From: a virus
DNA length: 64,000 bases
IMG/VR virus record: IMGVR_UViG_3300046674_000532
Reading direction: 5' to 3' (one strand)
The translations under genes and the position numbers were made by a program. Of the stretch, positions 26,510 to 35,732 are shown one piece after another (the first letter of the stretch is position 1; every line of letters begins with the position of its first letter). The notes beneath the pieces were generated by a model. The model searched no databases, was not told the DNA's origin, and saw only the letters and a program-made list of their open reading frames with translations.

Positions 26510-26616
26510 TGGATCCCGGCGTGAGCGATCCCTGGGTTCCGGACCGCGGGCCTGTCGGCGGCAGCCCCCATACCTGCATGTACCAGACCAACCCCGAACC
26601 CGGCTGCGGCACATAA
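26509..26616 (+). CDS. possible micro-protein (35 aa)
   Basis: TGATG overlap with upstream gene; MDPGVSDPWVPDRGPVGGSPHTCMYQTNPEPGCGT; weak support. Confidence 0.3.
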   Translation: MDPGVSDPWVPDRGPVGGSPHTCMYQTNPEPGCGT

Positions 26617-26693
26617 AGAAAGGGGCCCGCCGCTCCGTAGAACGACGAGCCCCACTTCCTGGCGCCCCCTCATGTGGACGATCACCGTACGCC

Positions 26694-27347
26694 TCACTGC
26701 CGGTACGGCGGAAGAACCTGCGCCACCCGCGACGCCAGCGCCTTCTTCGCCGCCCTGGACCGGGCCGTCGGCGCCCCCCTCAGCACCGGTACGAGCACCT
26801 CAGAACCCAGCACGTGCACCAGTCCGGCCCGGCCCGCCACACTGGCCTGCAACCGACCGCCCGCCACCGGAGACCCGTACACCACCAGGACCGGCCACAC
26901 CGCCCCCTCCGGCAGCCCCAACAGCTTGGCCACCGTCCCCGCATACCGGGCCACCTTCTCCACCTCCCCATGCCGGTCCTCGCCACCGCAGTGAACCCGG
27001 CCGGCCACCACACGGGTCGGCCATGACCGACGCCACGCCTTCGTGTCCAGCACCACGACCGCGGTCCCGCACGGGGAGACGAGGACGTGGTCCAGGTTCG
27101 CGCGTCCGTGGCCCGGTAATCGCCGGTCGTGGAGGACCCGCCAGCCGTGCCAGCGCAGCCGACGTAACCGGCGGGCCGTCTCCCGCTCCGCCTTGGCGCC
27201 GCGGTCCCAGCGGGCCGCCACAGCGTCCGCACGCACCGCATCCGGGTTCATCCCCGCCCAGGCCGTGACACGCCGCCACAGGCCCCGCCGGGCGCGCGCA
27301 CGGATCGCCGCAGCCTCCCGCGCCGCCGACCCACCAGCCGCCGTCAC
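26694..27347 (-). CDS. NERD-domain nuclease-like protein
   Basis: frame of track ORF 26694..27461; GTG 27347 (GTGA overlap); AERETARRLRRLRWHGWRVLHDRRLPGHGRANLDHVLVSPCGTAVVVLDTKAW matches the NERD pattern. Confidence 0.7.
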   Translation of the reverse strand: MTAAGGSAAREAAAIRARARRGLWRRVTAWAGMNPDAVRADAVAARWDRGAKAERETARRLRRLRWHGWRVLHDRRLPGHGRANLDHVLVSPCGTAVVVLDTKAWRRSWPTRVVAGRVHCGGEDRHGEVEKVARYAGTVAKLLGLPEGAVWPVLVVYGSPVAGGRLQASVAGRAGLVHVLGSEVLVPVLRGAPTARSRAAKKALASRVAQVLPPYRQ

Positions 27348-27640
27348 TGGCCCGTCCCCGTCTGCTTCAGCCAAGCCCCCAGAGACGCGTGCAGCTCGGC
27401 CACCTGCGCCCGCGAGAGCAGCGCATCCTCCGAGTGGATCGACAACCGCAGCCACGGCCACGGCACCCCGTCCTCCGGCTGGTCGTCGCGGCCGTCCCGG
27501 GTGACGTGCGACGGGATCTTCGCCACCTGCACGGACCAGCCTTCGTCCCGCTGGTCGTCCTCGTGCGGAAGGACGTGAGACCCCTGGTATGCGTACGGAG
27601 GATCGTCCTCGAGGTCGAAGACCGTTGCCCAGATACTCAC
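27344..27640 (-). CDS. acidic hypothetical protein (98 aa)
   Basis: 3' end of track ORF 27344..28306; GTG 27640 after GGTGGAGAG; VSIWATVFDLEDDPPYAYQGSHVLPHEDDQRDEGW... Confidence 0.55.
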   Translation of the reverse strand: MSIWATVFDLEDDPPYAYQGSHVLPHEDDQRDEGWSVQVAKIPSHVTRDGRDDQPEDGVPWPWLRLSIHSEDALLSRAQVAELHASLGAWLKQTGTGQ

Positions 27641-27780
27641 CGGCTCTCCACCAGTTCCTCGACTACGGCGTCCGTCTGCAGGAGGGACGGCAGGCGAGCC
27701 TCTGCGCGCCGACACAGGATGCCGAACCGCACCACGGCGGCGACGGCTACGACAGCAAGGGCGATCCACAACATCAGCAT
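27637..27780 (-). CDS. single-TM micro-protein (47 aa)
   Basis: below track cutoff; overlaps both neighbours; MLMLWIALAVVAVAAVVRFGILCRRAEARLPS... Confidence 0.45.
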   Translation of the reverse strand: MLMLWIALAVVAVAAVVRFGILCRRAEARLPSLLQTDAVVEELVESR

Positions 27781-28484
27781 CCCGGCGCCCCCTTCCGCGC
27801 CAGCCACTCACCGCAGTACGCCTGCGCCAGCTTGTCCGCGCTGCCTCCCGGAATCGTGCCGCCGAGCACGATGCCCAACGCCCCCTGCAGGCCGAGGATC
27901 TCGCCCCGCACGTTCTCCACCACAGACTGCCGGGCCTCCGGATCCGCCTGCAGAGCCGTGAGGCGTTCCATCCGCCGGTAGATTTCCGTGCAGATGTTGT
28001 TCGCGGCCACGTTCGCCTGACTGTCCCGCGCCCGGTCCATGGCCTCGAGCAGCCGGTCCGCGTAGTCCGTGGCCACGCCGTGCGGGGAGCAGAAGTCCCG
28101 CATCTCACCGGCGAACTTGCGGGCCGCCTCCATCTCCGCCCGGAGCAGCTTGTTCTCCCCGCACAGCAGGTCGATGTTCGGGCCAGCCACCTCGGCGACC
28201 TTCTCGTCTGTGAGCAGCCGAAGCCGCTCCTGCAGCCGGTCCGCACGCTCCCCGTTCTCGATCGCCCGGTCCGCGTACTGCGCTGCCAGCCGCACCGCAT
28301 GACCATCTGACTCGCTGGCGGCCACCAGCACCTTCATTCGCTCCATCTCACGGTCCCGAACGGCGAGGATGGCGTCGGCGTGACGCTGATAGTCGTGCGG
28401 CTCGAGGTGCTCGTACTGGAATCCGTCTGCTTCAGCGCAGGCCTTCCGGATCTGTTCGCGGAGTTCTGCCTGGGCGTCGCTCAT
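27774..28484 (-). CDS. coiled-coil protein (236 aa)
   Basis: frame of track ORF 27774..28736; ATG 28484 after AAGGAGCAGC; helical E/R/A-rich. Confidence 0.6.
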   Translation of the reverse strand: MSDAQAELREQIRKACAEADGFQYEHLEPHDYQRHADAILAVRDREMERMKVLVAASESDGHAVRLAAQYADRAIENGERADRLQERLRLLTDEKVAEVAGPNIDLLCGENKLLRAEMEAARKFAGEMRDFCSPHGVATDYADRLLEAMDRARDSQANVAANNICTEIYRRMERLTALQADPEARQSVVENVRGEILGLQGALGIVLGGTIPGGSADKLAQAYCGEWLARKGAPGC

Positions 28485-28678
28485 GCTGCTCCTTCGATGG
28501 GGGTGGGGTTCCAGGTGTCGGGTCCGGGGATGGTCTGGACGCGGCGGCCGCGGTGTCGGGTGGGCCAGATACGGCCGACCGGTTTGCCGCTCTTGGGGCA
28601 GTCGCCGTGCCGGTAGAGGCGGCCGTTCCCTGCGAGGCCGACCTGGCGGTGGCAGCCGGGGCAGGGGATACGGATCAC
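28481..28678 (-). CDS. small Cys/His zinc-binding-like protein
   Basis: ORF track 65 aa; MIRIPCPGCHRQVGLAGNGRLYRHGDCPKSGKP; overlaps both neighbours. Confidence 0.55.
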   Translation of the reverse strand: MIRIPCPGCHRQVGLAGNGRLYRHGDCPKSGKPVGRIWPTRHRGRRVQTIPGPDTWNPTPIEGAA

Positions 28679-28911
28679 GGGGCGGCCTTCCGGTGCCGGG
28701 CGGCCGCCGTACGCTGCCGGCGGACCTGTCGGCCACGGAGGACGCCCTCAGCCATGTCGGATATCAGGCCGGCCACCACGACCAGGGCGACGACCACCAG
28801 CGGAGGCATGTCGGTGCGCCCGGTGAACGCGTACCAGCAGGCCCCGAACGCGGTGCCGGCGGCGATGTAGAGGAGGGTGCACAGGATGGCGGGGAGGTAT
28901 CGGCGGGACAT
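28675..28911 (-). CDS. two-TM membrane protein
   Basis: ORF track 78 aa; two hydrophobic helices then basic tail. Confidence 0.6.
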   Translation of the reverse strand: MSRRYLPAILCTLLYIAAGTAFGACWYAFTGRTDMPPLVVVALVVVAGLISDMAEGVLRGRQVRRQRTAAARHRKAAP

Positions 28912-29013
28912 GAGCCCTCCACAGGGCGTGATGTGACAGTGGGTAGTTGTCCGCCCGTAGGCAGTGCCGAATGTGTCCGATTACAGGCCGGATTCGGGCG
29001 CAGAGAGTAAACG

Positions 29014-29577
29014 TCAGTCGTAGTCGTGGCCGACGTCAGTCAGGTCTCGGTAGCTGGGGTACCGCTGACGCAGGCTGATCACGTGGCTGGCGAGCGGCTC
29101 CTCGTAGCGGAACAACTCAGTGCCAGGCACGCGCAGGGCGCTGAACTGGATGTGTCGCTGATTCTCTTCGGAGCGGTCCCCAGGCTCAGCAACCAGAAGT
29201 CGGACACGGCCAGTCGCAGACAAGGATCGGAAGCGCCCGCTGGCGGTCCGGGTCGTTCCGATCTTGATGTAATCCGGGTTCTGCCGTGTGGTCACGTAGT
29301 AGACGCAGCCGAGCACCTCTGCATCGCCCGGATCGGCACTGCTCTGCTGAGGAGACAGCTTGACCCGCTTCGTGACCCTGGGCCCGCTCTGCTTCTTCGA
29401 CCTGGTGACAACGCCCTTGCTGGTCCACGTGGTCGGCTGTCCGCCAGCGTCGACGTAGGTGGCGAAATGCTCTCGCAGTTCGTCCCTGTGCTCGCGGCAC
29501 AACGGAACCCCGGCGATGTATTGGCAGGCCTGCGTGAAGCAAGCTGTCGACGCGCACCGGGTGAAGCCCATCATCAA
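29014..29577 (-). CDS. GIY-YIG/T5orf172-type nuclease-like protein with N-terminal Cys cluster
   Basis: ORF track 187 aa; VYYVTTRQNPDYIKIGTTRTASGRFRSL...E..RHIQFSALRVPGTELF resembles the T5orf172 domain. Confidence 0.6.
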   Translation of the reverse strand: MMMGFTRCASTACFTQACQYIAGVPLCREHRDELREHFATYVDAGGQPTTWTSKGVVTRSKKQSGPRVTKRVKLSPQQSSADPGDAEVLGCVYYVTTRQNPDYIKIGTTRTASGRFRSLSATGRVRLLVAEPGDRSEENQRHIQFSALRVPGTELFRYEEPLASHVISLRQRYPSYRDLTDVGHDYD

Positions 29578-29948
29578 GAACGCACCCCCTCTACCTGCCC
29601 TTGGTCGCCGTAACCTCGGTTCGCCCCCGGCGGGATCTGCACTTCATCCAGCGGAACCAGGCCCAACTTGATCCCCACCGAAGCTGCCTGCGCCCGGTCG
29701 TTGACTCGCAGCTTCCGCAGGATCGACTTCACCCGGCTCTTCACCGTCTCCTCGCCGATCAGCAGCTCACTGGCGATGGCCCGGTTCGTGTTGCCGTTCG
29801 CGACGAGGACGAGGACCTGGCGCTCCCGCCGGGTCAGGTACGTGCGGGGCTCCACGGTGAGGGACTTCGGGTACTCCCGGACCAGCGGGATAGGCCGGAA
29901 GGGCCCGCCACCCGAAGGCGACGGGCCCACCTGCACCGGCGCGGTCAC
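29574..29948 (-). CDS. small LuxR/GerE-type HTH regulator
   Basis: frame of track ORF 29574..30359; GTG 29948 (GTGA overlap); LTRRERQVLVLVANGNTNRAIASELLIGEETVKSRVKSILRKLRVNDRAQAA. Confidence 0.8.
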   Translation of the reverse strand: MTAPVQVGPSPSGGGPFRPIPLVREYPKSLTVEPRTYLTRRERQVLVLVANGNTNRAIASELLIGEETVKSRVKSILRKLRVNDRAQAASVGIKLGLVPLDEVQIPPGANRGYGDQGQVEGVRS

Positions 29949-30142
29949 TTCGCGCTCTCCCTGGCGGCGTCCCGGTAGGCGGCGATCAGTCGCTCGATCG
30001 CGTCGACGTGCTCGCCCGCCTCGTCCTGGTCTCCCTGCTGGGTCAGGCGGATCGCGTGACACATGCTGTAGGCCATGCCGCGCAGGTAGTGGACCGGACG
30101 GGCCGTGGCCGGCAGTACCTCGGTCTCGGGTGTGGCGGTCAT
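29945..30142 (-). CDS. hypothetical protein (65 aa)
   Basis: 3' part of track ORF 29945..30232; ATG 30142 after GAGGAGG. Confidence 0.55.
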   Translation of the reverse strand: MTATPETEVLPATARPVHYLRGMAYSMCHAIRLTQQGDQDEAGEHVDAIERLIAAYRDAARESAK

Positions 30143-30156
30143 GCGGTGGTACCTCC

Positions 30157-30693
30157 TCATGCGGGCAGGTAGAAGATGTGGACGGCCTGGTCGTCGGTCT
30201 GCTCGGCGTCCCAGGAGACGAGCCACGGGCACTCGGCGTCCTCGGGCTCCCAGTCGAAGACCGCCCAGTAGGCGCGGATGTCGTCGAAGTCGACCCAGTC
30301 GAGGTCGATGCTGCCCATCTCGTCGAGGTAGGCACGGGCCGCGGCGATGGCCTTCTCACGCTGGTCGGTGAGGACGATCAGGGCCCCGTCTTCACCGATC
30401 GAGCAGAGCGGTACGCCCTCCCACACGCCTTCCATGTCGTCGACGGTGGGAGTGAACCGGCCCATCGGCAGCTCGGGTACGGGGACGACGTCCTCGAGGT
30501 AGCACAGGCCTTCGTAGTCGGGCCGTGCGAACAGGTTGCTGCGGGCGCCGTCCAGGCGGATGCGGAGACTGGCCGGGTCGTCGGTGATCGAGGTGATGAT
30601 GCCGGGGTAGCGGGTGCCCGGGTCCCGGAAGTAGGCGAACTCGACTCGGCGGCCGACGACCGCCAGGTCCTCGAGGGTGGTGGTGCTCATCAT
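30157..30693 (-). CDS. acidic hypothetical protein
   Basis: ORF track 178 aa. Confidence 0.65.
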   Translation of the reverse strand: MMSTTTLEDLAVVGRRVEFAYFRDPGTRYPGIITSITDDPASLRIRLDGARSNLFARPDYEGLCYLEDVVPVPELPMGRFTPTVDDMEGVWEGVPLCSIGEDGALIVLTDQREKAIAAARAYLDEMGSIDLDWVDFDDIRAYWAVFDWEPEDAECPWLVSWDAEQTDDQAVHIFYLPA

Positions 30694-31157
30694 GCGGTGG
30701 CCCCCGCATCAGTGGTGAGGGGAGCGACCCGGATTCCGGCCGCCTCCTCGAGCTCCTCGGCCAGCGACCGCCGCGGGCGCGCCGCCCGCTCGGCGTCCTC
30801 GGCCGCCTGGAGGGCCTTCTGCTGCCGGATCTCCCGATCGGACGCCGCCCGGTACACGGGGGCCGGCGACAGCCGTACCAGCGTGTCCTTGCCGTGGTCC
30901 AGCAGGTGCCAGGAGCCGCGTTCCTCCACCCACTCGAAGTCCGGGGTGCTGGTCGGCTCCTCGTCCTCGTCGTCCGGGTCCGGGTGCCCGTACTCCTCGC
31001 CCTTGTAGGCGTGGGCTCCGTGCTTCTTCGCGAGGTCCAGATCCACGTAGTGGGCGTTGCCGTCCCACGTGTCGTAGCCCTCCCACCATGCCTGCCAGAG
31101 GATGAGGGCGACGGCCAGGCGGGGAACGGTGTCCGGTTCGCTGGTCTGTGCGGTCAT
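30690..31157 (-). CDS. acidic hypothetical protein
   Basis: frame of track ORF 30690..31217; ATG 31157. Confidence 0.6.
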   Translation of the reverse strand: MTAQTSEPDTVPRLAVALILWQAWWEGYDTWDGNAHYVDLDLAKKHGAHAYKGEEYGHPDPDDEDEEPTSTPDFEWVEERGSWHLLDHGKDTLVRLSPAPVYRAASDREIRQQKALQAAEDAERAARPRRSLAEELEEAAGIRVAPLTTDAGATA

Positions 31158-31254
31158 GCGGTGGGGTGTCCTTTCGTGAGGGCGGTGTGCAGGTGGTGGA
31201 GGGCACGGCCGGCGCACTGCCAGACGGCCAGCGGATACAGCAGGAACGCACCCA

Positions 31255-32124
31255 TCAGCGGCTGTACTGCTCGGAGCCGTGGTTGACGTGCCCGGTGCCG
31301 TTGCAGGTGTTGCAGGCGGCCACGGATGCGTTGCGGACGATGGACAGCCAGAACTCGACCTGCTCGTGCCAGTCGTCCACCGCCATCGCGTAGTTCGGGG
31401 CGGAGATCGACGCCGGGACCGGTAGGCGTAGCGTGCGGGAGACGAGTTCGGGAACGTTCCGGCCGGACTTCAGCGGCTTACTCGTGCGTCGGCTGAGGTC
31501 GGCCTGCCACCGCGTCTTCGGCTTCTCGAACGGCACCCGCACCGTGACCGTGAGGCCCGTGTAGTTGTCGTAGTTGTCGAAGCAGTACTGGACGCCCGGC
31601 ATCTTCTTGATGGCCGCCTGTACGTGGTCCCGGAAGCCGGTGATACGGCCAGGAAACAGATGGAGGTACTCGGGTCGGGACCCGAGGACGTGCGGCAGGT
31701 CGGCCTGCCACGGCAGCTCATCCGCGGCCGGAGGCTCCCGGCCCTCGAGGACCATGACCGGGCCGTCGTAGACGTGCTCGAGAGCGGGCTGCTCTGCGGT
31801 GACGGAGGTGTACAGCTCCCACAGGGTGTCGCTCTCTCCCCGGTCGGCCCGCTCGCGCCACTCCTCGACGGTCAGGGTCAGCGGGTAGCGGCGGGACTCC
31901 GCGGCCGGGTCGGTCAGCTTGTGGCCGGTGGTCTTCGGGGCGGGCTGCGCGGTCGCGGTCAGCAGGGTCGCCTCGGCGTCGGACGCCCACCAGCCGCCAT
32001 GGAGCGCGGTCATGGGCTGGCCGTCGGCGAACACTCCGGTCAGGCTGTGGCCGGCCAACGCGTCGGGCTTGGGCAGGTGGTAGGCGAAGCGGCCGTCGGG
32101 GAGCTTAAGCGCGTACACGGTCAC
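31255..32124 (-). CDS. hypothetical protein
   Basis: ORF track 289 aa; GTG start. Confidence 0.65.
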   Translation of the reverse strand: MTVYALKLPDGRFAYHLPKPDALAGHSLTGVFADGQPMTALHGGWWASDAEATLLTATAQPAPKTTGHKLTDPAAESRRYPLTLTVEEWRERADRGESDTLWELYTSVTAEQPALEHVYDGPVMVLEGREPPAADELPWQADLPHVLGSRPEYLHLFPGRITGFRDHVQAAIKKMPGVQYCFDNYDNYTGLTVTVRVPFEKPKTRWQADLSRRTSKPLKSGRNVPELVSRTLRLPVPASISAPNYAMAVDDWHEQVEFWLSIVRNASVAACNTCNGTGHVNHGSEQYSR

Positions 32125-32294
32125 AGGTGGTGCCTCTCGAACAGGACTGGATATGGGGAGGGCCGCCCACCGCGGGCTGCGAGTCTGGGTGGGCGGCCCG
32201 CATGTGGTGGGGGGATCGGGGTCCCGCCCCAGGAGTTGGGGGTGGGACGGGACCCCTGTGGCCTCCGAGGGGGACGGAGGCCGGGGTGGGTGGT

Positions 32295-32729
32295 CTAGTA
32301 CCAGTGGCCGGCGTCGTTCCGGCGGTTCACCCAGCTCTGTGTGAACGGCTCCGTGGAGCCCTCCGGGTTGGGGTACCGGTAGACGGCGTGGTGGCGGTAG
32401 GTCGCCACGACCGTGGCCCTGGTCGGCTCGCTGCCCTGAAGACTGTGCAAGCTGATCTCGTCACCGACGCGCAGGCCAAGGAAGTCGGTCACCGGGTTTA
32501 TGGCGTGGTTCTTCCGCCACCAGGCCCAGCCCTTGGGGCTCCGAGGGGCTTCTGGGAGCGGCTCGAAGTCGTTTCCGGGCCGGTAGTCGTAGATGTACGA
32601 CGGGTTGAGGGCGTACGCGGTGAGGCTCAGGGTGGGGCTGTAGAGGTGGCCGCGGTCGAAGGCGGCGGGGACAGCCGAGTCGGGCAGGACGGTGAGGTCC
32701 TCCGTGGGCGTTGCGGTCATGGTGTCCAC
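32295..32729 (-). CDS. hypothetical protein
   Basis: ORF track 144 aa; GTG start with AGGAG RBS. Confidence 0.65.
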   Translation of the reverse strand: MDTMTATPTEDLTVLPDSAVPAAFDRGHLYSPTLSLTAYALNPSYIYDYRPGNDFEPLPEAPRSPKGWAWWRKNHAINPVTDFLGLRVGDEISLHSLQGSEPTRATVVATYRHHAVYRYPNPEGSTEPFTQSWVNRRNDAGHWY

Positions 32730-32737
32730 GGGTGCTC

Positions 32738-32851
32738 CTACTGGCCGTAGTGGTCGGACTGGTCGTCGGGCGCGCCGTCGTGGGAGGCGCAGCCGGGGTA
32801 GTGGATGCCGGCCGCGATCTCTTCCGGACGGGCGCCGCAGTCGCAGTTCAC
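32738..32851 (-). CDS. Cys-containing micro-protein (37 aa)
   Basis: below track cutoff; GTG 32851 just after upstream stop; VNCDCGARPEEIAAGIHYPGCASHDG... Confidence 0.4.
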   Translation of the reverse strand: MNCDCGARPEEIAAGIHYPGCASHDGAPDDQSDHYGQ

Positions 32852-32852
32852 G

Positions 32853-33464
32853 TCAGGCGGCCTGGGCGTACATGCGGCTGGCCATCTGGGCGAAGAACCG
32901 CTCGCCCTCGGCGACGTTGCTGATCTCGGCGTCGATCATTTCGGCGATGAGGCCGACGAACTGGTGCGGGGTCATCGAGTTGATGTGGGAGACGAGGACC
33001 GCATCGGCGCGGTAGCCGTCGATGTGCTTCTCCCAGGACCGGAGTGCGGCAGACGCGGTCTCGAAGATGGCCTCGCTGTCGGCGTTCCGCATGCCCGGGT
33101 TGTAGCTGGCCTCGGCGATCAGGTCCATGACGTCGCGGTGTCCGTCCTTCAGCCACTTCTTGCTGTTGAAGCGGCGGGTGCTGACTCCGATGCGGAGGTA
33201 GGAGCGCATTTCGCGGGCGAAGATCTGGCCCTTGGTGGAGCGGGCGGTCAGCTTGGCGGCCTTCTCGGCCTTGCGCTCGGCGGCCAGCAGGTTGTCGGTG
33301 GCGGCCTGGGCGGTGTCGCCATGGCCTTCGAGCTGGCCGCGGGTGGCGCGCCAGGTGACGTCGGGGCGTAGGCGGAGGCTGATGTCCGAGGCGGTCCAGG
33401 TCATGAAGCCTGCGGCGGTGAGGGTGGTCTCGGTGCCGTGGATGCTGATGGCCTCGGTGTTCAT
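32853..33464 (-). CDS. hypothetical protein, first gene downstream of motif copy 3
   Basis: frame of track ORF 32853..33521; ATG 33464 after GGGGGAG. Confidence 0.6.
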   Translation of the reverse strand: MNTEAISIHGTETTLTAAGFMTWTASDISLRLRPDVTWRATRGQLEGHGDTAQAATDNLLAAERKAEKAAKLTARSTKGQIFAREMRSYLRIGVSTRRFNSKKWLKDGHRDVMDLIAEASYNPGMRNADSEAIFETASAALRSWEKHIDGYRADAVLVSHINSMTPHQFVGLIAEMIDAEISNVAEGERFFAQMASRMYAQAA

Positions 33465-33498
33465 GGCTCCCCCTACGGGTGGTGTCTTGGTGCGATGT

Positions 33499-33535
33499 AT
33501 CCACCGTACCGTGCCAGGCATTGCACTGCAATGCC
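33499..33535 (-). promoter_or_regulatory. promoter-operator motif copy 3
   Basis: minus-strand reading GGCATTGCAGTGCAATGCCTGGCACGGTACGGTGGAT; -35 TTGCAG (33526-31), 17-nt spacer, -10 TACGGT (33503-08); 39 nt upstream of ATG 33464. Confidence 0.65.
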
Positions 33536-33604
33536 TGACGCTGAACCGGGCACAGAAAAGGGGCCCAACCCGAAGGCCAGACCCCTACGCCACACCCCAC
33601 AAGA

Positions 33605-34132
33605 TCAGAAAGGCGGCTCGTCCGAATACCCGCCATCCCCCGCACCCGCCCAAACCGACTGCCCGCCCTGCTGCGCCGCCGCACCCGACGTCGCCCACGA
33701 ATCCTCACGCCCCTCCCGCGACGACTCCTGACGCGCCTGCGCGTACGCCTGCTTACCGGCACCGCTCGAGCCGGCCTTCGTCACCTTCGCCGTCGCCATC
33801 TTCAGCGACACAGCCACCTCGTCGGCCTCCAGCTCGTAGACCGTCCGCTTCACGCCCTCACGGTCCTCGTACGACCGCTGCGACAGCCGCCCCTGGATGA
33901 CGACCCGGCAGCCTTTCACCACCGACTCGGCCACGTGCTCGGCCTGCTGCCTCCACACCGACACCGGCAAGAACAGGGTCTGCCCGTCCACCCAGGCCTG
34001 CTTCTCCCGGTCATAGGTCCGCGGTGTCGACGCCACCGTGAACTTCGCAACGCCCGCGCCAGACGGCGTAAAACGCAGCTCAGGATCCGATGTCGCATTG
34101 CCAATCACCGTGATGACGGTTTCCCCACTCAT
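33605..34132 (-). CDS. ssb: single-stranded DNA-binding protein
   Basis: frame of track ORF 33605..34309; ATG 34132; OB-fold pattern [27 protein letters not shown]..., Gly/Gln-rich linker and acidic DEPPF tip. Confidence 0.9.
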   Translation of the reverse strand: MSGETVITVIGNATSDPELRFTPSGAGVAKFTVASTPRTYDREKQAWVDGQTLFLPVSVWRQQAEHVAESVVKGCRVVIQGRLSQRSYEDREGVKRTVYELEADEVAVSLKMATAKVTKAGSSGAGKQAYAQARQESSREGREDSWATSGAAAQQGGQSVWAGAGDGGYSDEPPF

Positions 34133-35058
34133 GCCGCTTCCTCCATCTGGTTCTTCGTCAGGGTTCGTTCCCGCGGTACGTACACGCGCCGCCACACGCG
34201 CCGGCCGTCGGCGGCCGCGCGCTCCTTGATGCGCTCCCAGGTCCGCTCCGCGGCGTCCGGGTTCATGTCCAGGCGGGCAGCTATCTCCGCGGTGGTGTCG
34301 TTGGTCCACTCGAACAGGTGGGTCAGGACTTCCCGCCGGGCAGCCCGGTCGAGGATCACGGCCTCACCCATCAGCCAGCGCGCCGCCAGGTTCCCGCCCT
34401 CCGAGACGATCGGGTCGGCAGCATCCGTCTGAGGGACAGCCTGCGGGTCGTCGATCGTGTCGTCGTCCCACGCAAGCGGCCCATCCCAGCCCTGCCGTTG
34501 TGCGGCACGCCGAGTCCGGTCCGCCACCCATTCCTTGACCCCCTGGTCACACGGGTCAGCGTTCCACCAGGCCCCGTACACGTCCCTCACGGCGCGGGCT
34601 ATGCGGGCGGTCACCTTCTCGCTGATCACGGCCTTCTGGAAGTAGCGGGAGGGGATCCCTGCCTTCCGTGCGATGGCAACCAGGTTGAAGCCGCGTACCT
34701 GGAGCGCCTGGAGACGGCGCCGGGTTCCGGTCGGATCGATGCGGGCCGCGTCAGGGAAGTTGTCCAACTTGGGCCAGTAGGCGAGGAGGAGTTCCGCGGT
34801 CTCCGTATGAAACTTCTCGCTCGGCCCCCCTCCTTCCTGTGAACCCCACAGGAGATGGTCCAGGTAGTGGGCGCAGAGACCGAAGTGCTTCTCCAGGGCC
34901 CGGACCGGCATGCCAGCAGCACGTATCCGGTTGACATGGTCGCGTACGGGCTGCGCAGGCACGAACGGCTGCCACTCGCCCGCAGCGATGAGCTGTTCCC
35001 GGCGGCTCCGCCAGCGTGACCTTGCGACCTTCTGCGCGTAGGACGTCGTGGTGCTCAT
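34129..35058 (-). CDS. hypothetical protein, possible DNA-binding
   Basis: 3' 309 aa of track ORF 34129..36195; ATG 35058 (ATGA overlap); remainder of that ORF is shadow over other genes. Confidence 0.55.
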   Translation of the reverse strand: MSTTTSYAQKVARSRWRSRREQLIAAGEWQPFVPAQPVRDHVNRIRAAGMPVRALEKHFGLCAHYLDHLLWGSQEGGGPSEKFHTETAELLLAYWPKLDNFPDAARIDPTGTRRRLQALQVRGFNLVAIARKAGIPSRYFQKAVISEKVTARIARAVRDVYGAWWNADPCDQGVKEWVADRTRRAAQRQGWDGPLAWDDDTIDDPQAVPQTDAADPIVSEGGNLAARWLMGEAVILDRAARREVLTHLFEWTNDTTAEIAARLDMNPDAAERTWERIKERAAADGRRVWRRVYVPRERTLTKNQMEEAA

Positions 35059-35732
35059 GCCGCCACCGCCAGCTCCGCCGCCTGCTCTGCGGCGCCCTGG
35101 ACGTTCCACGCGCGGACGGCCTTGCCCAGGTAGTCCTCGCACACCTGCAAATAGGCGGCGATGTCCCGGTTCCCGACGCCCATCTCCCGCAGCTGGGTGA
35201 CGACGTCCCGGGATTCGTCCCGCACGATCTCCCACAGGGCCCGGGTGTCGCCGTTGCCGCGGCGGGGCAGGATGCCGCCCTTGCCACCCGCCCACCACAC
35301 CGCCAGACGGACGGTGACCGGCAACGCCAGGACGTCGTACTTCTGCAGCTCCACGACCATCTGCGCCGGCGTCAGACCGCGCTGCCGGAGCGGCATCATC
35401 CGCGACGACCACTCCGGGGACGCCAGCACCCGGGCCTGCCGCAGATCCGGATCCGCACCCAGGAGCGCCTCCACGCGCAGCGCACGCCGCTGCACCGTCG
35501 TCAGACCGCCGACGACACCCCACAGCATGTAACTGGACTGCTCGTACTCGAGCGCGTCGGACAGGCACGTCGTCCTCACCGGGCAGCCACGGCAGATCCC
35601 CTGAACGCGCTTCTGCGTGCCGGGACTGTCGGAGAACATGGTCTCGGTGTCGACTCCCTGGCAGCCGGAGGAGTCCCGCCAGTCGATGCTGCGCGCGGCG
35701 CGTTTCCTGGCGTGGCGGGTCGGGGTGTTCAT
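35055..35732 (-). CDS. WhiB-like Fe-S transcription factor domain fused to about 150-aa C-terminal extension
   Basis: ORF track 225 aa; C-x(n)-C-x2-C-x5-C pattern: SSGCQGVD...ICRGCPVRTTCLSDAL. Confidence 0.7.
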   Translation of the reverse strand: MNTPTRHARKRAARSIDWRDSSGCQGVDTETMFSDSPGTQKRVQGICRGCPVRTTCLSDALEYEQSSYMLWGVVGGLTTVQRRALRVEALLGADPDLRQARVLASPEWSSRMMPLRQRGLTPAQMVVELQKYDVLALPVTVRLAVWWAGGKGGILPRRGNGDTRALWEIVRDESRDVVTQLREMGVGNRDIAAYLQVCEDYLGKAVRAWNVQGAAEQAAELAVAA

